A stretch of DNA of 64,000 bases from an uncultured virus (IMG/VR IMGVR_UViG_3300031992_002320) (lineage: Duplodnaviria; Heunggongvirae; Uroviricota; Caudoviricetes): IMG/VR virus record IMGVR_UViG_3300031992_002320, one strand, 5' to 3'. Below are positions 58,460 to 64,000 of this stretch, piece after piece. Positions within the stretch are counted from its first letter, which is position 1. The number at the start of each line of letters is the position of its first letter. The position numbers were made by a program, and so were the translations under genes. The notes beneath the pieces are model-generated. The model did not search any database, had not been told where the DNA came from, and saw only the letters and a program-made list of their open reading frames with translations.

Positions 58460-61400
58460 ATGCGTTTATTTGTTTATTCGGTTGATGGTAAGAGATGTAT
58501 TGGTACGGGTGATGTAGACCCGGAGGCTGTTCATAGTGCTGGTGCCGGGCATGCGGCAGATTTACACTTTGATTTGGGGGAGGTACCTTTTAGTTGGCAT
58601 TTCTCTTTTGATGTTAATGCTCATACCCTTACCATTCCGTCTGGCTTTGGGGTTTGTGTGGTTGCGGATGGTGGTAATCGTGGTTCGGTTATCACGGGTT
58701 CTACATCGTTGGATGTTGGGGCCATTTATGAGCTTTGTAGAGTGGATATGCGAGGTGGCATTATTGGTAGTGTCATTCGCTTTTTGTTTTTCAGTGGTGA
58801 TGTTGGGGTTTCCGATTTCAGTTATGGATATGATGTTGGGGAGTCTGGATTCACTTTTGGTGCCAAGAGTTTCAATGGTGCCGCTCAGTTGAAGTTGCCT
58901 TTTGATGGTGTTTGGCATGGTGTGGTCAAGGTTGTCAAGAAGAATGGTGTGTGCCGTGCTGGTTTGAATGTAACGGGGGATGTTGGTGTTTTGATCAATG
59001 GTGTACCCGTGGTTCTTGCTGGTGCTGTTGCCTTACACGACCTTGATAGGGTTGATGTTGGTGGATTCAGTTTCATATATCGTAGTGGATCCGTGATTGT
59101 GAGTGAGAGATATGTGGATTTGATTCAGCAGCACGGTTTCCGTGTTTCATATAGGGTGACTCCTACCATTCCCGGTGTTGTGTGTGATTATTCTGCGGAT
59201 GATTCTGTGTTATCCTTTAATCCGCCTTCAGCACCGCCCGAGGAGAAGCCGGGGAATCTTATTATGACCTTGTTGCCGGCTGTGGCTGGTTTGGCTTTGA
59301 TGGTTGTTGTCCGTGGTTTTATGAATAAGACGGGCAATATGACAATGCTCATATACAGTGGTGGTATGATGGTCATGGGCCTTGGTACATCCGTTGCGAA
59401 GTTTATCATGGACAGGAAGAAGGCGAAGAAGGATGCCACCCATCGTGTGGAGAGTTACATATCTTATCTTGGGGCGGTGGAGAATGATATTAAGACCTAT
59501 CGTGAGCAGGAGCTTCGTACCTTATCTGCTGGGCATCCGATGCTCAGTGAGTTGATTCAGGGAGTTTGTAGTGGTAACAGTTCGAGGTTGTTCTTGGGGC
59601 ATTGTGGGCCTGATGGTTTCGATGTGGTTATGTCGAGGGGTGATTACATTTCCCCCAATCGTGTCAAATGTGATGAGCTGCGTGAGGCGGTTATCACTTG
59701 GGGGCATGATGATGAGTTGTGTGCTAAGGCGCAGGAGCTCATTGACAGGGAGGGTATGATTCCTAATGCTCCATTGGTGATGAAGCTCTCTTGGGCTGTT
59801 ACTGGTGTTGTTGGTGAGGTTGAGAGTCGTGTTGATGCTTTCAAGCGTATCCTTTGTTATTTGGCAATGAGGATTGCCCCTACGGATTCTGTGAGGTATT
59901 GGTTATTCTTATCCGAGGATGTTGTGGCTGCCCATCCGGAGTTGCGTGAGTTCCGTTGGTTGTCGCAGGTCAGCGCTGGTGGTATCTATTGTGGAGCTGC
60001 TGAGATTAGTAGGGGTTTGATTAACTTTGAGACGGTTGTTGGGGATCCTTCGGTTGAGGATGTTTGTTTTGTCTGGGACTGCAATGACATTTTGAGTTCT
60101 GGGCTTTTCGATATTTTGTGGGAGCGTGGTGAGTTGTCTTGTTCTGCAGATAGGATGGCGAGTATGCACTTGTCCGTGGTCACCTTTGGTGGTGCGCTCG
60201 CGGATATTCCTTGTGGGGCAAGGTTCATCCTTGATGGAGATACTTATTATGCCCGTGATTGTGTTCGCAGTAGTGTGAGTGGTGTCCGTGAGACCGATCT
60301 TGGTGTGTTCAGAAGTGATTTCACTCGTTTCATTCAGATTCTGTTGGCCTATACCGTGCCCGTCAGAGTTACACAGACAGGTTCTTTGAATACCAATCTC
60401 ACTTATTATGAGTTGCGTGGTGTGTTTGATGCCCATGATGTTGATGTTCGTCAGTTGTGGGATAAGGGGCGTGCTACGGTTACGAAGACCATGGCCATAC
60501 CTGTTGGTTTGGATTCTATGGGTGGTGTTGTAACCTTGGATATCTCCGATAAGGGTGCAGGACCTCACGGTTTGGTTGCCGGTACTACTGGATCTGGTAA
60601 GTCAGAGTTCGTGTTGAGTGTTCTTTTGGGGCTTCTTCTTCAGTATTCTCCGCTTGAGCTTGGGCTCATCGTGGTTGACTTTAAGGGTGGTGGTATGTCT
60701 GCCAGACTTCGTGGTTTTCCCCATCTGTTGGGTGAGCTTACGAACCTCGATGGTAGGATGATTGCAAGAGCTCAGGAGATGCTTGGTGCGGAGCTTAAGC
60801 GTAGAGAGCGTTTGTTGATGGAGGCTGGTGTTTCGGATATCCACGGATATCTTGCCAAGGGGCTTCAGATGCGTGGTGCTGACTATGCGATGGGGCATCT
60901 CTTGATTGTTGTTGATGAGTTTGCGGAGCTTAAGTCGGAGTGTCCCGACTTTATGGATTACATCGTGTCTGTTGCGCGTGTAGGTCGTACTCTTGGTTTC
61001 CATCTGATTCTTTCTACGCAGAGACCGAGTGGAGTCATGACTGGTCAGATAGCGTCGAATGTTACTTATACAGCTTGTTTGAAGGTTGTTTCCGAGGCGG
61101 ATTCGAGAGAGATTATTGGTTCGGATGTAGCAGCATCTTTGAAAACTCCCGGTACTGTATACCTTCGTGAGGGTTCTGGGCCTTGTAGATTATTCCAATC
61201 TGGTTATACAGGTGCGGATGCTTCGAGGGCTTCCGTTGTGGGTGACTATGATGTTGATGTCCGTGAGGGTAGTTCCTTTGTTCGTTTGTGGAGGGCTGCG
61301 GAGTCTGTGAGTTCGGGTGTCACACAGTTGGATGCCCTTGCTGGGTATGTGCATGAGGTTTATGAGACCTCCAAGGAGGCACAGATAGGTGTTCGTGGGG

Positions 61401-62929
61401 TTCTGTTACCTCAGTTGCCGGATGCAATTCCTTATGGGGCATCGGAGTATGGTTCAGAGCGTACCAAGGTGGGCACTGGTAATCTCGATGTGGTGCATGT
61501 GGGTTACTTTGATGCGCCGGGAGAGTGTATGCAGGGTGCTGTGGATCTGGATATCTGCAATCACACTCTTATGCTTGGGCCGGCGGGTTGTGGTAATACA
61601 ACTTTCTTACTTTCTATGGCTGCGTGGTGGTTGTTGCATGGTAGAGGGTATGGACTTGGTGTTATAGATTGTGGTGTTGGATCATTCGGAGGGTTCAGAG
61701 GTAAACTCGGAGTGTTTGATGTTCTGACAGCCGGTGAGGGTGGTCGTGATGATATAACCTTTGCCAATGCTCTATCAGATTTGGTTGATAGTCGTAGGGC
61801 ACAGTTGCGTAGTGGTGGTTATTCGGACTACTTGGCCTTTAATAAGCAGTCGGGTGAGGTAATGGCACCCATCCTTTTGTTGGTGGATGGCATAGAACTT
61901 GTCAGTGAAACTTTCCCGGTGGTTGTGGATGCACTCAACAGTGTTCTTCGTTACGGTCGTACCTTGGGTATATTCGTTATTGCAACTGCTCATGGGCTTA
62001 GAGGGCTTACGAGTATGCAGAAGGGTAGCTTTGGGGTACGTGGGCTCTATACATGTATTGACTCATCGTTCTATGGGGAATGGATGTTGTTGGCCAAGGG
62101 ATGTTATCTGCCGGTTCGCCCCGGTGCGGTTCGTTTTGTAGATACATCGGGTGCTGTTGTGGATTGTCAGTTGTCGTTGTGTGAAGGTTTGGCAGTGGGA
62201 GATGATCTCCGTGGGCATCTGTCATCCCTTTTGGATAGTTATACAGGTGTTGGTCAGATTCATGTTCCGATGGTTGATCATGTTCCCGATGTTCTGTATT
62301 TGGATACTCTCCGAGGCAAGTTGGATGCTGGTAAGCTATTACTTGGTCAATATTTGGAGGGTGGTAGCTTGATGTATTATAGAGATGGGGCATTGGGAGG
62401 AGTATTGTGCCTTGTCGGTGCGCCGGTGGCATTTGTGGCCGCCCTTGTTCAGCAGATGTCTGGTATGAGGGATGCGCATATGTATCTTGCAACTGATGTT
62501 TTGTCCGAGTGTGGTGCTTTGTTGGGTGGTCTTGGTGACCGTCTGCACAGTGAGGATCCTCTATCGCCGGGTAAGGCTGCGGTGGTGGATGATTTCATCT
62601 CGGATGATTTGTCGGGTGCCCGTGTATGTTTGTTGGATAAGTCGGTGCTTGCATCGTTTGAGGATTTGAAGGGGCTTGAGAAGGCTGTCAAGGCTGGTGG
62701 GATGCTCATCTTGTTGTCGAATGACACGAGGCCGAGTGGTGGAGTTTCCACATTTTTGCGTGCCGTGGGTGATAGTGTATTTTATATATCATTTGCGGAT
62801 CCTTATCGTCAGTTGTTTATTCAGGGATTCACGCCTCGCAAGGTTGGATTTGTTGCTGGTGATTGTTTCGCTTGGTATGACGGTTGCTTTGACTTGTTGA
62901 GATGTGTATCGTTGGACGTAGCAGGATAG
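58460..62929 (+). CDS. essC: EssC/YukB-like type VII secretion FtsK/SpoIIIE ATPase
   Basis: Beta-rich FHA-like N-terminus, PPSAPP, two TM helices. D1: LDISDKGAGPHGLVAGTTGSGKSE, VDFKGG, IVVDEFAELK, RVGRTLGFHLILSTQRPSGV. D2 and D3 are degenerate. Confidence 0.92.
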   Translation: MRLFVYSVDGKRCIGTGDVDPEAVHSAGAGHAADLHFDLGEVPFSWHFSFDVNAHTLTIPSGFGVCVVADGGNRGSVITGSTSLDVGAIYELCRVDMRGGIIGSVIRFLFFSGDVGVSDFSYGYDVGESGFTFGAKSFNGAAQLKLPFDGVWHGVVKVVKKNGVCRAGLNVTGDVGVLINGVPVVLAGAVALHDLDRVDVGGFSFIYRSGSVIVSERYVDLIQQHGFRVSYRVTPTIPGVVCDYSADDSVLSFNPPSAPPEEKPGNLIMTLLPAVAGLALMVVVRGFMNKTGNMTMLIYSGGMMVMGLGTSVAKFIMDRKKAKKDATHRVESYISYLGAVENDIKTYREQELRTLSAGHPMLSELIQGVCSGNSSRLFLGHCGPDGFDVVMSRGDYISPNRVKCDELREAVITWGHDDELCAKAQELIDREGMIPNAPLVMKLSWAVTGVVGEVESRVDAFKRILCYLAMRIAPTDSVRYWLFLSEDVVAAHPELREFRWLSQVSAGGIYCGAAEISRGLINFETVVGDPSVEDVCFVWDCNDILSSGLFDILWERGELSCSADRMASMHLSVVTFGGALADIPCGARFILDGDTYYARDCVRSSVSGVRETDLGVFRSDFTRFIQILLAYTVPVRVTQTGSLNTNLTYYELRGVFDAHDVDVRQLWDKGRATVTKTMAIPVGLDSMGGVVTLDISDKGAGPHGLVAGTTGSGKSEFVLSVLLGLLLQYSPLELGLIVVDFKGGGMSARLRGFPHLLGELTNLDGRMIARAQEMLGAELKRRERLLMEAGVSDIHGYLAKGLQMRGADYAMGHLLIVVDEFAELKSECPDFMDYIVSVARVGRTLGFHLILSTQRPSGVMTGQIASNVTYTACLKVVSEADSREIIGSDVAASLKTPGTVYLREGSGPCRLFQSGYTGADASRASVVGDYDVDVREGSSFVRLWRAAESVSSGVTQLDALAGYVHEVYETSKEAQIGVRGVLLPQLPDAIPYGASEYGSERTKVGTGNLDVVHVGYFDAPGECMQGAVDLDICNHTLMLGPAGCGNTTFLLSMAAWWLLHGRGYGLGVIDCGVGSFGGFRGKLGVFDVLTAGEGGRDDITFANALSDLVDSRRAQLRSGGYSDYLAFNKQSGEVMAPILLLVDGIELVSETFPVVVDALNSVLRYGRTLGIFVIATAHGLRGLTSMQKGSFGVRGLYTCIDSSFYGEWMLLAKGCYLPVRPGAVRFVDTSGAVVDCQLSLCEGLAVGDDLRGHLSSLLDSYTGVGQIHVPMVDHVPDVLYLDTLRGKLDAGKLLLGQYLEGGSLMYYRDGALGGVLCLVGAPVAFVAALVQQMSGMRDAHMYLATDVLSECGALLGGLGDRLHSEDPLSPGKAAVVDDFISDDLSGARVCLLDKSVLASFEDLKGLEKAVKAGGMLILLSNDTRPSGGVSTFLRAVGDSVFYISFADPYRQLFIQGFTPRKVGFVAGDCFAWYDGCFDLLRCVSLDVAG

Positions 62930-62941
62930 GAGGTTTGTTAT

Positions 62942-63235
62942 ATGCTGAATACGAATGAGATTGCAGCGGCCTTCACCGCCATCTACGATTTTGTGCAGTA
63001 TCAGATGTCCATTGTCAATACATTATCTGCGGATTGTAAGTTTCTCGATGGTAATGCTTGGCTTGGAGATGCTGCGAATGTAGGGTGTGGTGTTATGGAG
63101 AGTTATGTAACCACTGGTTTACAGCTCGCCAATGATGTTGAGGAGTTTTATAATGAGTTGCAGGATGATTATGCGGCTTATCAGGAGAAGGATGATGAGA
63201 TTGCGCAGGCGTTTTCGAGTGAGGAGGGTGGCTGA
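62942..63235 (+). CDS. WXG100-family protein
   Basis: 97 aa helical protein with a central W-L-G (NAWLGDAA) and C-terminal YxxxD (YQEKD). Directly after essC. Confidence 0.75.
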   Translation: MLNTNEIAAAFTAIYDFVQYQMSIVNTLSADCKFLDGNAWLGDAANVGCGVMESYVTTGLQLANDVEEFYNELQDDYAAYQEKDDEIAQAFSSEEGG

Positions 63236-63237
63236 TT

Positions 63238-63681
63238 ATGACGAGTGGTGAGTGGTATGCTAAAGCCCGTGCCTTGCGTGCGGAGGCTGCCGAGCATGAT
63301 GCCTTGGCCGCCAAGTATGGGGCTGCTGCGGATGCTTTTGGTGTTGCGGCGAATGCGCTGGATGATTGTCATTGGAATGTGGAGCCGATGACTCATAGTG
63401 AGTATATTGAGGTGGCGTTGCCGGAGCAGCATCGTGAGGCTTTTACGGATGCGGTTGGTTCTCTGTTGACCTCAATTGATACTTCGCAGACGAATTTAAA
63501 TTCTGCCAAGACGCAGGCGCTTGCTTCTAAAAAGTCACATGAGGATACGGCGGCTGATTTGCGTAGGCAGGCGGATGATGCTGACCGTGAGGGTGATGCA
63601 GAGGCAGAGCGTGAGCGTGAGCGTGAACGCGAGCGTGAGAGGGAGCGTGAGGCTGCGGCATCTTCTGGTTCAGGTAGTTGA
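63238..63681 (+). CDS. small helical protein, candidate T7SS partner/substrate
   Basis: 147 aa Ala-rich helical protein with an (ER)n tail, in the same operon as the WXG100 gene. Confidence 0.6.
   Translation: MTSGEWYAKARALRAEAAEHDALAAKYGAAADAFGVAANALDDCHWNVEPMTHSEYIEVALPEQHREAFTDAVGSLLTSIDTSQTNLNSAKTQALASKKSHEDTAADLRRQADDADREGDAEAEREREREREREREREAAASSGSGS
63607..63651 (+). repeat. GAGCGT hexamer microsatellite encoding (ER)n
   Basis: gagcgtgagcgtgagcgtgaacgcgagcgtgagagggagcgtgag. Confidence 0.8.
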
Positions 63682-63699
63682 TAAGGAGGACAGGGTTCA

Positions 63700-64000
63700 A
63701 TGGCAAAGTGGCGTTGTTTTGAATATAGTTTCGATTCCCTATCTTCGGATAACGATATCTTTCGTAACACGGTTGTAGGGGATTTGTCCACGGCTGTTTC
63801 ACAGCAGTTTGATAATCCGAGTGAGTTTGCTGATGTCTGGAATGAGTTCTTGAACACTTATGGTAAGTGTGATAGGTTCTCATCCAACTTTCAATTTTAT
63901 TGTTCGGAGGTAGCTACTACACAGCAGGAGGACGAGACCGTGATCATGGCCAAGTTCACGGATCTTATGAATAACATGGAGGCCATTGTTGGGTTTACCA
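63700..64000 (+). CDS. protein truncated by window end; candidate T7SS effector N-terminus
   Basis: TAAGGAGG RBS, then an ATG at 63700 open to the window end: MAKWRCFEYSFDSLSSDNDIFRNTVVGDL...MNNMEAIVGFT. Not in the supplied ORF track. Confidence 0.7.
   Translation, partial: MAKWRCFEYSFDSLSSDNDIFRNTVVGDLSTAVSQQFDNPSEFADVWNEFLNTYGKCDRFSSNFQFYCSEVATTQQEDETVIMAKFTDLMNNMEAIVGFT

Noticed and set aside
58460..62929. Ordinary FtsK DNA translocase or conjugative coupling protein
   Set aside because: Size, FHA-like N-terminus, two TMs, GPHGLVAGTTGSGKSE, multiple ATPase repeats and flanking YukD/WXG100 genes fit EssC.
1..64000. Numerous minus-strand ORFs (e.g. 23245..24414, 53296..54192, 2499..3317, 50219..51043) and short alternate-frame plus ORFs
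   Set aside because: They are shadows of real + strand genes. The minus strand is T-poor, so stops are rare. Products are Thr/Ile/His/Asn-rich with no motifs or RBS.
1..64000. Stop-codon reassignment as seen in some large gut phages
   Set aside because: Standard code gives full-length, densely packed genes. TAG, TGA and TAA all end genes right before the next RBS.

Overview
A densely coding 64 kb segment in which every credible gene lies on the + strand and the + strand is visibly G/T-rich. It has Bacillota-style GGAGG RBSs and sigmaA-type promoters. I recognise no core cellular housekeeping genes (ribosomal, metabolic) and no virion structural genes. The content reads as part of a large phage-like or extrachromosomal replicon, probably of a Clostridia-type host (inference). 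Left to right: (1) a truncated McrB-like GTPase, a degenerate McrC-like gene, an AAA+ ATPase, a ~1480 aa protein with BspA-type LRRs, a stand-alone primase zinc finger and a C5 DNA methyltransferase. (2) A ~23 kb array (12.5-35 kb) of large, diverged, modular paralogues of unknown function. (3) A replication/recombination block: RuvC-like resolvase, family A DNA polymerase, TOPRIM-only primase, SbcD, an SbcC/Rad50 split into two genes at the zinc hook, and RecJ. A SleB-type wall hydrolase, a lipoprotein nuclease and tRNA-Leu(CAA) are interspersed. (4) At the right end, a compact type VII secretion-like module: YukD/EsaB-like, EssC, WXG100, a helical protein and a truncated candidate substrate. 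The most notable observations are the T7SS module on a phage-like replicon, the split SbcC and split primase, the paralogue array, and an apparent absence of CCWGG sites. All calls come from motif reading only; no database searches were run.
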